A stretch of DNA of 64,000 nucleotides, taken from assembly GCA_964016885.1 (NCBI GenBank), contig CAXHJY010001137.1, forward strand, positions 31,344-95,343, in the 5' to 3' direction. Of this stretch, positions 12,799 through 26,678 are shown in pieces. A program made the position numbers and the translations under genes. The notes below the pieces were generated by a model. It saw only the letters and a list, made by a program, of their open reading frames with translations, did no database searches and was not told the origin of the DNA. Position 1 is the stretch's first letter. Each line of letters starts with the position of its first letter. This DNA comes from Eledone cirrhosa (taxonomy: Eukaryota).

Positions 12799-13018
12799 GG
12801 GCGGTGGATTGGTAGTATTGGTAGAGCTTCGGAACTATGTTTTGCGGAAAAGAGTTATGGCCCTTTATATTCTGAGTTCAAATCCCGCCAAGGTTAGCTT
12901 TGCTTTTCATCTTTATGGGGTTGATAAAATAAAGTACCAGTCACGCACTGGAGTCGATTTAATCGATTTTCCCCTCCCCCAAAATTGCTGGCCTTGTGCT
13001 TAAATCTGAAACCATTAT
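12799..13018 (+). mobile_element. SINE family A (long variant)
   Basis: GGGCGGTGGATTGG head through AATTGCTGGCCTTGTGC tail. Confidence 0.82.
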
Positions 13019-13726
13019 TTCTTACAACTCTCTGAACTCTGTGTTCAAATCCCTCAGAGGACAACATCACTTTTCTTCCTTTCAGGGTCAATAAGATACA
13101 GTAATTAGCCCTTTGGTGTAGTTAGCCCTTCAGCAGAGTACACCCTGCTACAAGTGTTCAGGCAAGGAATATGAACGGAGGGTAACTTCCACATACATAC
13201 ACAGTGATGCATACACAGACATACATATATACATACTTACACATAGAACTACACAAACACATATACATGCAGCAACACATACAATGGCACACACGTTTGC
13301 CATTGCCTACAACCCTCTCCCCACCACCCTGCTCTACCCACAACTCCCTCTCCCTACAATGCCCACAACACCCCCTACTTACCACCCTGCTATGCTCACA
13401 ATTCCTCTGCCTACTACCCTTTATATCCATAACTCCCCCACTCTACCCTCTGCTATACCCACAACTATCCTCTCCCTACCACCGTACTATACCCACATCT
13501 CTCCCTCTCTCCATTACCACCCTACTATGCTCCTACCTACATCGCTACTATTCCCACAACTCCCCACCCTACCCCCTGATATGCCCACTACTACCCCCAC
13601 ATTACCACCCTACTATACCCACAACTCCCTCCTCTCTACCACCCCTTTACCATAATGACATACACTGCCTATGGTTTTCAAATAAATTAGAAAATAATCA
13701 AGAATTTGTGGGGATTTAGAAATAAT

Positions 13727-13870
13727 TGTTTCTACTTTTGGCACAAGGCCAGCAAATACCCAGTGCATTACTGGTACTTTATTTTATCAACCCCGTAAGG
13801 ATGAAAGGCAAAGTTAACCTCGGCGGGATTTAAACTCAGAATGGCAAGGGCCGTAACTCTATGCGTCAAA
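13727..13870 (-). mobile_element. 5'-truncated SINE family A with TSD
   Basis: GGGGATTTAG(A/G)AATAAT flanks at 13710-13726 and 13871-13887. Confidence 0.88.
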
Positions 13871-14486
13871 GGGGATTTAGGAATAATAAAATCAAATTTA
13901 TCATTAATACTTTAAAACAAACAGTTTTTATCATAGAATTAGAAGCAGTTTTAAGTAGTTCGAAGAAGCCCCTCTCAGTGAAACTTATAACTCACTGTAA
14001 ATTGTTTGTGTTTTTTATAATACATAAACAATTCAAGTAGTCTAGTTAATATGTAGCATTGTGAGATATGTAATAAATGACTAAGTATTTCTGAAAGCCA
14101 GTATTATGCGGTAGAAATATACAAAGGGCAAAGGATGGTAAATAAAACAATACAAAGTAGTGTTTTTCTTACTCAGTATATTTCAATGTAATATTTCAGG
14201 GTTATAACCCTCTTTTCAAATGCATACACAAAAAAACAAAAAACAAAACAACAACAACAACAACAACAGAACCATGTGTTCTTCCCTAACTGGTTTAAGT
14301 GTCTGGATTGCAATTATTTAACCCTGTAATGTATAAAGAGTTCACTATTAAACCGGTATTAACATATTTCTAGCCATGTTAACCAATTATAGATTACATT
14401 AAATTATATATATATATAAATATATGTATATATTAAATCATCATCATGATGATTTAATGTCTGTTTTCCCTGTTACACAGGCACAC

Positions 14487-14544
<58 letters not shown>

Positions 14545-14685
14545 ATTTGCATGTGTATGTTTGTGTAACAAGAAAAAAAAGACATTAAAATAGAGCCGTT
14601 TATATATAAAATAACAATGCCTACACACTACTAACATGTTGAGTACCTTTATAACTCCATCAGGAATTCACCTTTATATATATAT

Positions 14686-15142
14686 ATCATCATCATCATC
14701 GTTTAACATCTATTTTCCAGGCTAGCATGGGTTAGACGGGTTTATCCCATTAGAGGCAAGTTGGGTTGGGTGGCCATGTCTCGCTCATATAGCATTTTTT
14801 CTGGCTGGTTTTCTACGGCTGGATGCTCTTCCTAATGCCAACCACATTTACAGTGTGTGCTGGGTGCTTTTTGCCAAGTCTCCTACACAACCACTTTACA
14901 GTGTGGGCTGGATATTTTGTGATACCTACATAACATTACAGAGAAAGGGTTGTGTGGGCGGAAGTGGGAGGGTGGTGTAGGAGGTGTTGGGGAGTATATT
15001 GGATTAAGAGGTGCCGACTGAGAGTATGTTTAAGTCTGTGTGCAAGGGAGGCGCGTCTTCTGTATTACTGCATAGCGTCAAAGATTTTGATCCTGTGTCA
15101 TTGTCTTTGAGAGGTGCAAGTGTGCAAGGTCAGCTTTTATCA
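14686..15142 (-). mobile_element. Diverged RTE LINE 3' fragment
   Basis: (CAT)n followed by homology to the reverse complement of the RTE 3' UTR and the end of the ORF. Confidence 0.75.
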
Positions 15143-15146
15143 CCTT

Positions 15147-15840
15147 GTCACATACGTTTTTCCATGCTTGCATGGGTTGGACAGGTCCTTTTCAGCACGG
15201 CATCTCTTTACTCTTCGCATTCCTGAGTCAACTCCTCTGTGAGCTTCAGCAATTTGGTATCAGCTCTCATCACTTCTGCCTATGTCTTCTTTGGTGTACC
15301 TCTACTGACGCTTCCTTCCACTGAGATTTCTGACACTTCTTCACCCAGCATTTCACATGCCCGTACCAATGCAGTGTTCTCTCTTGCACACTAAATCTGA
15401 TTCCTCTTATACCCAGTTTCTCGCTCAGTTTATCCAAGCTCTGCATTTCTCTCACATTCACAAACACACATACCTATGTATAAATTGAACTTCCATTAAA
15501 ATATGAAGAAATAAAGCCAGCATGTGACTTATCTATTGAACCTAAAAAACCTTAATTGGAAATGTATTGTATATTAGAAGACTGTACTGGTATAAACATG
15601 TGATGTGTATGTATGATGGACCACCAAGTGAATAAGTGCCAATAGATGCCAGTGGAAGGAAGACCAAAGAAGACATGAGCAGAGGTGGTGAGAGCTGATC
15701 TGGAATTGCTGAAGTTAATAGAGGAGATAACGAAAGACTATGATGAGTGGAGAGGGATGCTGTGCTGGAAAAGACCTGTCCAACCTATGCAAGCATGGAA
15801 AATGGACATAAAATGGTGTTTATGATGATAGTGATGATTA
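15147..15840. mobile_element. Two degenerate RTE 3' fragments in opposite orientation
   Basis: Minus ORF 15270..15467 LGIRGIR..LHWYGHV; plus copy 15580-15840 with GAAGACCAAAGAAGACATG and a GAT tail. Confidence 0.65.
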
Positions 15841-16059
15841 TTGTAAGTGTTGTATGTAGAATGGAAGCATGATGTTAAATGATTATATATATATATCATC
15901 ATCATTTTACGCCCTTCTTCCTTGCTAGTAAGAGCTGGACAGGTCTTCATAGATCAAGCAGAGCTACTGACCGATATAGTGATACGGTATCACGTATACA
16001 TCTTCAGTTTATTACATCATCCTGTTATGTACATTTCAAAGACATCAATGTCGTTGTGT

Positions 16060-18220
16060 AAAAATTATTGGAACGGCAACAAAACAGAGAGGCAGTACGA
16101 ACAAAGGTTTATTAGTTTCACGCTCATGAGAGTGTGGGGGGGGGGACGTTTCGGGCATAAGCCCTTCTTCAGGCAGGTGGTGTGTGGGAAGAGAGTTCCA
16201 AGGGTGTGTAGGGGAGTGGGGGAGAGACATTTAGAAAAAAGGGAGGGAGAGGAAACGGTGGAAGGGGTACAAATGAAAATAAATATTAAAAATTAATAAA
16301 GATAAACAAGTGGTGGAAGGGTGTGGGGTGTGTAGGAGTGGCGGCGGGTGGAGTGGGGAGAGGGAGGCGGGGTGTCCGAGTGGTGTGTGTGTGTAGGTGT
16401 ACGTGTGTGTGTGTGTATGTGAATGTGAGAGTTGGGGGAAAAACGAGATTCCATGTTCAGGAAAGGGTGTGTGTGGGTGGGGGGGTAGGTCGGTGTGTGT
16501 GTGTGTGAGTGTGGAGGGGTGTGGGGGGGGAGAAAGGTGTGGGGGAAGATGGAGGGAGTGTAGTGTACTGGTGTGTGTGTGCGTGTTTGGATGAGTGTGT
16601 GTGGTGAAGGGGGTGTTAGTGGGTGTTAGTATACTGGTGGTGGGGAAAGGGTTGAATGCGGGTGTGTTAGTGGGGGTCAGTGGTGGTAGGGTGTGTAAAG
16701 TGGGTGGTGTAAGTAAGTAAGTGTGTTCGTGTGCGTGGGGTTGGGGGGATGTTAGTGGTATTAGTTGTGGGGTGGTGGGAGTGGATGTGTGGGTGAGGGT
16801 TAGTGGTGGTAGTAGGGTGTGTGGTTAGTGTGAGTGCGTGTATATATGTACCGGTGGGTGTGTGCGTGATAGGGGGAAGGGGGAAGGATGTTAGTATTGT
16901 TAGTTGGGGGAGGGTGGTCGGGAGTGGGGTGGGGGTGTTAGTATTGTTAGTTGTGGGGTGGGCGGTGAAAAGGAGGAGTGTGTTAGTGGTGTTAGTGGGG
17001 AGTTCAGGTCGGGGGAGGGGGGGTCGAAGGCTAAAGGAATAGGGGTGGGGTGTTCAGGCCGGGGGGAGTGTGGGTCTGTAGGGTGAAGATGGGTGCGTTG
17101 TTCGACCCTGAGGAGGGTGGCGGGTGTTCCGTGGCATTGGAGTAGGCCACAGACTGTGAGGTGGTGCGTGGAATGCCCAGGGGAGCCAAAGTGGCGGGCG
17201 ATGGGGGAACTACCGTCGAGACGAATATCCCGGAGGTGTTCGGTAAAACGGTCCGCCAGGTGACGTCCAGTCTGTCCGACGTAGGTTGCGCTGCACTCCG
17301 TGCAGCGAAGTCCATAGACTAGGTTGGAGGGGGTACAGCGGAAGGCGTGCCGGACAGAGAGAGAGTGTGGCCGTTGGGACCCTGGAAGGTGGTGGTGTTG
17401 GTGATGTGGGGACAGGTATTGCAATGTGGCCTGGAACAGGGAAGGGAACGGGGGGGGGGGGGGGGGCTGCGGACGAGGAGGGTGCGGAGATTGCGTGCGC
17501 GTTTGAAGGAGGGGAGTGGTGAGGATGGGAAGATGTGGGAGGTGGAGGGGTCGGACTGGAGGCGTCGGAAGAGGCGTCGGATGGTGCGGTGGAGGGGTGG
17601 TAGGTGATAGGGAAGGGGAGACGGTGGGTGGGTGTGCGGTGGTGTGGGGTGAGGGTGGTGGAGCGGTGGACAGCACGGGCGCGAGTGAGGGCGGTGTGGA
17701 CGAGAGGGGGGGGGGGTAACCTCTGCGGATGAAATGTGACTAGGGAAAGGGCCTGGGACTCAAAGTCAGCATCTCGGCTACAGAGGCGGCGGATCCTGAG
17801 GAGTTGGGAGTAGGGAATAGAGTGTTTAGTGTGTTTTGGGTGGGAGGAGGTGAAGTCGAGGTAGGAGTGGGAATCGGTGGGTTTGAAGGCGGAGGTGACG
17901 AGGTAGTGGTGGGAGGGGTCGAAGGCGACAGAGATGTCTAAGAAGTGGACGTGGGTGGTGGAGATAGAGGTGGTGAAGTGGAGGGAGGGGTGTAAGGAGT
18001 AGGAGAAGGAGAGAAAGGAGTCGAGCTGGTCTCGGGTGAGGGTCGTAGCTCCGATACAGTCGTCGATGTAACGACCGTACAGTGCGGGCGTGGGACCGGT
18101 GTACTGAGCAAAGATTTGGGCCTCAACATGGCCAATGAAAAGGTTGGCATAGTTTGGGCCCATTCTTGTGCCCATGGCTACGCCCGTGACCTGTTGGTAA
18201 AACTTACCCGAGAAGGATAT
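16060..18220 (-). mobile_element. 5'-truncated Penelope-like element (Neptune-like RT and GIY-YIG), frameshifted
   Basis: FYQQVTGVAMGTRMGPNYANLF and YGRYIDDC (RT) in 17210..18262; NLVYGLRCTEC..TYVGQTGRHLADRFTEH (GIY-YIG) in 16900..17676; C-rich 3' UTR. Confidence 0.88.
16145..16175 (-). ncRNA. Minimal hammerhead core (stem I not evident)
   Basis: Minus strand reads CTGAAGA-A-GGGC-TTAT-GCCC-GAAAC-GTC near the PLE 3' end. Confidence 0.5.
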
Positions 18221-18221
18221 C

Positions 18222-18629
<408 letters not shown>

Positions 18630-18824
18630 CTGTGCGTGAAAGAAAGACAGCTAGATATCACCATAGTAACTAATGACACAGCAAGTGACGCTTTCCCACC
18701 GATATTCCGATATTCCAAGCTTGTTGCCATTCGTTGTTGCTGACTAGCATGTTCGTTACTCGGGACACCATTCGCGAACCAAGACGTTCTTGTCGAAAAT
18801 ATTGTTCGTGAATTGAAGTTCAAC

Positions 18825-18864
<40 letters not shown>

Positions 18865-18865
<1 letters not shown>

Positions 18866-19150
18866 TTGTCAGGTCACCAGCTGATGCTACTGGTAACATG
18901 TATCCCAGTACAGCCTGTCTCATGGTCGGGTCGTTGGCGACTAAACTGGCAACCCCACCAAGGTTTCTTGGTGAGGAGGGTGACTTTGGACATCCTGCAG
19001 GACTAAAAACAAAACCTGTCAAAGGGCAAAGGAGCTCTAAAGAGTCAATGGCCATCCAAAATAACCGGGAGAGATGACCCCTTAGCCTTTGTCAAGGCAG
19101 AATTCTAGGAGAAGGAAAACTCTGATATAACACCTGCAACCCTGATGGTA
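18865..19150 (+). mobile_element. Probable LINE (RTE-like) 5' UTR fragment
   Basis: GGGTCG..ACTGGCAACCCCACC..GGCAGAATTCTAGGAGAAGGAAAACTCTG resembles RTE leader sequences as I recall them; not verified. Confidence 0.35.
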
Positions 19151-19481
19151 TCCAATGATGTTGACTTGTTCTTCTTTTTGGTAAATATCATCTTGGTTAA
19201 GAGAGTGGGACTGGCTTTGTGCAGTGCCTTTGCTCACTATAAAAGCTTCACGACACAGGCATTGCTTTATAACTGGAGATCTCTCTGCACTTGTCGTCAC
19301 ATGGTACCATGGGCCCAGCACTATGTGTCAATAATTGTCACAAGTGTAGTGTTTGTACCAGTGTTTTCAAGTCGCTGGCTGGACTAAAAAGTCATACTCG
19401 TTCAGCGCATCGGTAGGGGTTCTCCTACATGGATATAAAGTAGTGACCGTACTCGAAAACGAGTTGGCAGCCACCATATAT

Positions 19482-20124
19482 ATATACTGGATTTTACCAA
19501 CCTTCCAGGGGTCCGGGTAAATTTTCAATACCCGAATTACTTGATCGTTTTTTTTTTTGGCTATGCGAATGATTGTTTAACCATCGTCTCAGTGTGTTTG
19601 ACCTTCAACGTTTGTTATAGCTCTGGTTCATCTGAATCATTGAGCACTTGCCGCACATCTCGGAGGTTGTTTTTCGTTTTTTCGTGGGCCGAAATGCGAA
19701 TCTCGATAATTTATGTTAGTATTATTCTCCAGCCTCTAGCTATTGACCAGTTCATTTTCTTGATTGTATAGTTGATTCTATTGACTGATGAATAGCTTAG
19801 GTTAATTTTAACCCTTCTGTTGAGAACTCTATTCGATTTGTGATGTTTTTGCATTCTTGCAAAAATATACACAACTGAATTCATCCGCCTGATATAGGGG
19901 TTGCCTCTCTTGCCGATCCCCACGTGGGGTCAGCAATAGTCAGTCCTTATATTAACATTGAACTAAAACCTGTTGAGAAAGTGGCTTCCTTGTTCAATCA
20001 TCTTACCAGAAGCCTGACATTATTTATGTAAGCGGGCAGTACTTGATTTAGGAGCCGCAGAAACCCATATACTGGATTTTACCAACCTTCCAGGGGTCCG
20101 GGTAAATTTTCAATACCCGAATTA
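19482..20124 (-). mobile_element. Degenerate PLE-like fragment between ~58 bp exact direct repeats
   Basis: ATATACTGGATTTTACC...CCCGAATTAC at ~19482-19540 and ~20067-20124; minus ORF HHKSNRVLNRRVKINLSYSS resembles [18 protein letters not shown] of the 28 kb PLE. Confidence 0.5.
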
Positions 20125-20337
20125 CACTGGGATAATTGCTGGCCTTGTGCCAAAAGTAGAAACAATTAGGGCGGTAGAGGTTCGGACGCCATGCTTTGCA
20201 GCACAGAGTTACGGCCCTTGCCATTCTGAGTTCAAATTCCGCTGAGGTTAACTTTGCCTTTCATCCTTACGGGGTCGATAAAATAAAGTACCAGTAATAC
20301 ACTGAGTAATTGCTGGCCTCGTGCCAAAAGTAGAAAC

Positions 20338-20342
<5 letters not shown>
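20125..20342 (+). mobile_element. SINE family A tail followed by a near-full copy
   Basis: Tail fragment 20125-20167, then a copy at 20168-20342 ending in (TA)n(GA)n. Confidence 0.8.
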
Positions 20343-20413
<71 letters not shown>

Positions 20414-20639
20414 GGCTGACTAAACACATACATGCTTTCCTCCAATAAAAAATGTTTTTCCATCTATTTCTCTCATCTATCTTTCTATTTCTTCTATCTC
20501 TCATTCTATCATCTGATAAAGCACTAATGTCCGAAGCGTTAAGACTCTTTTCCTACTATATCATGTGTTAAACTAATGCATATCATCATTGTACTGTATT
20601 GTTTTCCTGTGTTAATTTTACTCAGTGATTTTTCGCATG

Positions 20640-21620
20640 AGGATTGCAGCTTCTTTACAGACGATTGTCGTCCCTTATTGATTCTTCATAGACGATTACT
20701 GTCTCATCTTGATTCTTCGTTATTTTCCACCTGCGTCCATAACTTCATAGATGACTTTGTAGGTCAGCAGTAGATCTGCATGGTTTGCGACACGGGTGAC
20801 AGAAGAGAGTTGTGCTTTCCACAGGACCTGTGGTGTCACCCTGTGACACAATCTTTATGAACCACCATGTGTTTTTTTTTAGTCCAGAACTAGTTCTACA
20901 CACTTTGTTGCATATAACGTCCGTTGTTTCGCCAGGTCTTTGTTGAGTGGTGTTGCAGGTGGTTATCCTGTGACTTCGGGTGATTAACATAACCAGCCTT
21001 TGAGAGGAGTACTACACTGACAGAATGTACATGTCCAACTACTGATGACTTCATCAAGACTGTGAGCACAGCCATTCCCCAGCTGATGCTTCCATTGTTT
21101 ATGTTCTAGACGACATTTCTCAAAAGTTTTGCAACTGCCCTTTATGCGCTTTCTCCACTCAGTCTATTTTGAGCTATCTCTCCTCACAGTTGTCTATATC
21201 AAATGCCAGCTCTTTGAGGTGCTTGATGCTGTACATGAACCTCATTTTCAGTTTGTGTTGAGACCTTTTACCAAGATGGAGCTCACCGTAAAACAGTTGC
21301 TTCGGGATCCTGCTTTATTTCATGCTGATATGTCCTGTCCAGTACATTTGAGAAGATGGTATTTGGGACTCAATGCTTGGCCATTCTGCTTTGATAAGAA
21401 CTTGGACATCAGGAGTTCTGTCTTACCACTTGATTTTGAATATGCGCCTTAAACATTTCCGCTGAAAACGTTTAAGCATTTTGATGTGTTTGCAGAATAG
21501 CATCCAGGTTTCGGCGGAGTATAAAATAGCAGACAGAACACATGATCTATACACACACACACAAATGACTCTTTTCATTGGTGGTTGATGGTCTTTAGAT
21601 ATACCAGTCTCCTCTGTCCA
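20640..21620 (-). mobile_element. Degenerate RTE/BovB-like LINE 3' part
   Basis: Minus ORF VLSAILYSAETW..LKRFQRKCLRRIFKIKW. Confidence 0.7.
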
Positions 21621-21928
21621 CACCATCCATGTTGTTCAAGAGAAAGGCAAGGACCAATACAGCTTAGTACCAGTGATGTCACAACTTATTGATACACTAT
21701 ATACTCACACGATATATACACTATATATATTGTCCAAAGGAAAGACAAAGGCCGATACATCTAGGTACCAGTGATGTTGTAACTCATTTATACACCATGT
21801 ACACATTATGTATGCACACGATATCTATATATATAAAACTGAGGATGTCTGTCTGTGTGTGTGTGAGTTTGAATCCCTAAAACTCAAGAAGCACCCAACC
21901 GACTGTTTTCAAATTTTACACATGTAAC

Positions 21929-22410
21929 TCTAAGACAATGTCACTGGACCGAGATCTTTGGCGCTACGCAGTAATACAGAAGACCCGCCTTGCCTATGTA
22001 CAAAGCGAAACCTACAGTCAGTAGGCACCTCCTATCCAAATATACACCTCAATCCACTACACCTACCCTATCTTCCCACTCCCACCAACACCACCCCCTC
22101 GCTATAAAGAGGGGGTGGTGTTGGTCCAGTCCAAATAAATGAGATAAATGAGATCGAGATCGTGTAGGTGTCACGAGAAAAAAAAACACACAGTCCACGC
22201 TGTAATGTGGTCGTGTAGGTAGCACGGTAAAAAGTTCCCAGTTCCACACTGTAAATGTGGTTGGTGTTAGGAAGGGCATCCAGCCGTAGAAAACCTGCCA
22301 GATAGTCCTATATGAGCGAGACACTGTCACCCGACCAACCTTGTCTCAAGTGGGACAACTCTCGTCTAACCCATGCTAGCGTGGTAAGTGGACGTTAAAC
22401 GAGGATGATG
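21929..22410 (+). mobile_element. RTE LINE 3' fragment nested in the Helitron
   Basis: AAGACAATGTCACTGGACCGAGATCTTTGG... to GAGGATGATG, homologous to 698..1163. Confidence 0.88.
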
Positions 22411-22893
22411 CTTATGTTTCAGGCAGTGTTCTGAGCAAAATAAATTTCAAATTTTCAATGCCCTAGGGACCGCATTAGGCGATTTAACGATCTCTCTCTA
22501 TAATTCTTAGTCTTTCTCTTTTTAGATAGATACATACATATAACGTTGCGCCCTTATAATATCTGTCTGTATGTCTGATTGACTGCATTACATAACTTCC
22601 CTGAGGATGTCTGTCTGTGTGTGTATGTGTGTGTGTCTGTGAGTTTGAATCCCTAAACCTCGAGAAGTACCCAACCGACCTTTTTCAAACTTTACATGTG
22701 TATTACTTATGTTTCAGGGAGTGTTATGCACATAAAAAAATTTAACGCATTAGGTGAAAAACTGCGTTTATTCAGGTTTTTAGGGTATTTTTGAGGCGTT
22801 ACGTCAGACTGATTTCCTTGAAATTGTAACTATGTATTAGTCAGTCTCTTCTTCATACCGTGAGCAAAGAAAATCCAACTTCTTTATGGCCTA

Positions 22894-22940
22894 GGGCCCG
22901 CATTAGGCCCGCATTAGGCCCGCATTAGGCCCGCATTAGG
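22894..22940. repeat. 11-bp tandem repeat (GGCCCGCATTA)x4
   Basis: Seen directly; single copies also near 22466 and 23060. Confidence 0.9.
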
Positions 22941-23617
22941 TGAAAAACTTCATTTTTCAGCTTTTTAGGGCTTTTTTGAGGCGTTACGTCTAGCCGATTT
23001 TCCTGAAATTTCAAGGCATATTATGCACATAAAAAAAATTCATTTTCTTGATCCCCTAGGGCCCGCATTAGGTGAAAACCTGCATTTTTCCTGCTTCATC
23101 GAGGAAAAATCTTAAAGATTATCCAGCCATCAGAGTATTCGGTTTATTTTCTTTACATATTGTCCAGGCATGCAATTTTTCCACGATTAGGTCTGTTAGC
23201 GGCCTGCGTTCAAAATACCTTATCCCGTGCAACGCCGGGTACCACAGCTAGTATACAATATAGAGAGGTTGCCCAGTACCCCTCGCTGCTCTCTATTGCT
23301 CTGGTGCTGGCTCGGTTGTTCACCCCTTCCTTTACATTTTCTTTAATATTGTAATATTAAAAGAATATATCTTTCTGAAAGAATCGCGAGCAATTTATAA
23401 TTGTTTCTACGTTAGGCACAAGGCCTTGTTATCTAAACATTTGTAATGTTATTTATGTATATATTTAAAACATATTTGTTTACGTTATTTATAAGCTCTG
23501 TTTATATTTTCATTCTGAAAGAATTGTAAACAATTTGTAATGTTATTTATACAACTGTGAATAAAATATCTATTTACTTTACCATTAAAAAAATATATAT
23601 ATATATTTATATTGATG

Positions 23618-23812
23618 ATGTCCAAGGGAAAGGCAAAAGCCAATACATCTTGGCACCAGTGACGTCGCAACTCATTTCTGCAGCTGAGTAAACTGGAGCA
23701 ATGTGAAATAAAGTGTCTTGCTCAAGGACACAACGCACTGCCTAGACAGGGAATCAAACTCACAACTCCATAATTGTAAATCCAACTCCCTAGCCATTAA
23801 GCCACTCACCTT
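23618..23812 (-). mobile_element. SINE family B (CORE/V-like central motif)
   Basis: Minus strand reads tRNA-like head GTGGCTTAATGG..GTTTGATTCCC, then GTGTCCTTGAGCAAGACACTTT. Confidence 0.65.
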
Positions 23813-23825
23813 TACACACACACAT

Positions 23826-23977
23826 ATATATTTAAAGAATTATAAGAATGACTTATCTCATGGTTGTTATCCTTTTTGATGATCACGTGTTTTACGCTAC
23901 ACATTTAAAAACACTTGATCATTAAAGAAATAACAACCACGGGAAAAGTTTATTCTTACCAATTCTTCAAATATATT
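23826..23977. repeat. Imperfect inverted repeat (hairpin)
   Basis: AAGAATT..TAAGAAT..TGGTTGTTAT..TGATCA..GTGTTTT pairs with AAAACAC..TGATCA..ATAACAACCA..ATTCTTA..AATTCTT. Confidence 0.75.
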
Positions 23978-24012
23978 TCACTGTTTCATTGCTATAATAT
24001 ATATATATATAT

Positions 24013-24048
<36 letters not shown>

Positions 24049-24121
24049 TATTATAATATATATAATATATATATATATATAATATATATCTGTACGCATA
24101 TGTTGGTAGATATACTAATTC

Positions 24122-24170
<49 letters not shown>

Positions 24171-24824
24171 GGGTTAAGAAAAATCCTTCAGTTATGCCAT
24201 GGCAACCTCTCTAGTGTTGGTGTGATGACCACGTTAATCGCATCCAACCGAAGAAGAGCTTACGAAACAAAGGTTTGAGAGGACCCTTCAATTGTGTCCT
24301 AAAAACATAACACTGTCTTCTGTGCATTCGGTAGAATATGAGCCTGTACGTAAGTAAGATGCAGATCCCTGGACTGTCTGGGAGATCAGTAGCCTCGCTT
24401 CAGTAGACCAGTCCTACAATTGCTACATATATAAACATATAAACACACAAACACCACACAACACACATATATATATATATATAAATATATATATTTACAT
24501 AAAGAGAGAGAGAGATATTAAATAGAGAGAGAAAAAGAGATGGAGAATGTGAGAAGGAACTGTAAATGTCAACTGAGTTTCCTTGTAAATATTAAAGAGC
24601 TGTGTGTGAGATTGAGAGAGTTAGAGGTTTTCATTGTCCCCCCCCCCCCTCTCTCTCTTAATAGAATGAATGTTGTTGTAGTGAGTTGATGTAACAAGTG
24701 TCATCACCAAACGGGGAAATTGCTGTCAGACAAACGAATTGTTTTCTCTAAGTAGATGCTGGTTGATTTAATAGCTGAGGGGTTGATTCAGCTCGCTAAT
24801 AGAGATAGATAGATAACGAGGGAG

Positions 24825-24951
<127 letters not shown>

Positions 24952-25379
24952 TTAGAGATAGAGATGTGATGAAGTGGATTGGCTGAGAAACAGACAAGTG
25001 TCTGTAATAGATGTCAATAGAGAGAGAAAGGGAGAGAGAGAGAAAGAGAGGTGATTAGATGGATAGAGATGTGTGTGTGTATGTGTGTGAGGCTAGATGA
25101 AGTGGATCAGCTGAGAAACAGGCAAGTGTCTGGATGATGTCAATGGAAGGTCTCTCAACTGTAATTGACACACGTGCTACAATATATAATACAACAACAA
25201 TACCACAACTTCAACACAGCAACAACAACAACACCACCAACTGCCGGAACATAACAACAACAGCAACAGCGGCAACACAACAGCAACAACATCAATACCA
25301 TAACCATAACACAACAACAACAACAAAAACAACAGCATCAACACCACAACACAACATATAGAGCAATCTTTACTTTGTT

Positions 25380-25640
25380 CGTGGCAAAGAAAATAGTGAC
25401 TATAGCCAGTAGTGAAATAGCGCCCCTGCCAAAACATCTGAAACACAACAATATCAATGGTGTTCGTTAATCCTGCCACTCTAGTGCTTCTTGCCCATGA
25501 TAATCAAAGACAGATCATGCGTCTGAAGACGATAGCTTATCTGACTTTAATAGAAAGTGCTCCTAGTCCAAATGACGCGCTCTTCCCCCATCAAGTGACG
25601 CCCATGGCACGTGCCAAGCTTGACATACCCTAGTTACACA
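25380..25640. mobile_element. MITE-like repeat, second copy at 48966-49240
   Basis: Shares TAGTGCTTCT..GATAATCA.AGACAGATCAT..ATAGAAAGTGCTCCTAGT..GCCCATGGCACG..CATACCCTAGTTAC. Confidence 0.65.
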
Positions 25641-25645
25641 TCTGG

Positions 25646-25648
<3 letters not shown>

Positions 25649-25709
<61 letters not shown>

Positions 25710-25721
25710 TATATATATATA

Positions 25722-25755
<34 letters not shown>

Positions 25756-25835
25756 TATATATATATGCATATATATATATATATGCATATATATATATAT
25801 ATATAAATATATATATATATGCATATATATATATA

Positions 25836-25881
<46 letters not shown>

Positions 25882-26159
25882 TATATATATATATGCATAT
25901 ATATATATATGCATATATATATATATGCATATATATATATATGTATATATATATATGCATATATATATATATATATATGCATATATATATATATATATAT
26001 GCATATATATATATATATATATGCATATATATATATATATATATGCATATATATATATATATATATGCATATATATATATATATATATGCATATATATAT
26101 ATATATATATGCATATATATATATATATATATATGCATATATATATATATATATATATA

Positions 26160-26193
<34 letters not shown>

Positions 26194-26217
26194 TATATAT
26201 ATATATATATATATATA

Positions 26218-26271
<54 letters not shown>

Positions 26272-26317
26272 TATATATATATATATATATATATGCATAT
26301 ATATATATATATATATA

Positions 26318-26403
<86 letters not shown>

Positions 26404-26421
26404 TATATATATATATATATA

Positions 26422-26505
<84 letters not shown>

Positions 26506-26626
26506 TATATATATATATGCATATATATATATATATATATATGCATATATATATATATGCATATATATATATATGCATATATATATATATGCATATATAT
26601 ATATATGCATATATATATATATATAT
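25649..26626. repeat. (TA)n array interrupted almost only by GC (TATGCATA units)
   Basis: Seen directly. Confidence 0.95.
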
Positions 26627-26678
26627 AAAATATTAAACAAATAATGAACAAACAATTCCTTATATTAAACAAAAAAAG

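Larger units (their letters stand above)
21824..23251 (+). mobile_element. Non-autonomous Helitron with internal duplication and nested RTE fragment
   Basis: A|TCTATATATATAAAA 5' end; 3' hairpin CCCGTGCAACGCCGGG then CTAG|T; the internal block starting near 21838 is repeated from ~22601. Confidence 0.8.

Noticed and set aside
20508-20546. CTGATAA..CTAATG..CCGAAGCGTTA resembling a minimal PLE hammerhead
   Set aside because: Two core positions are mutated and the stems are weak
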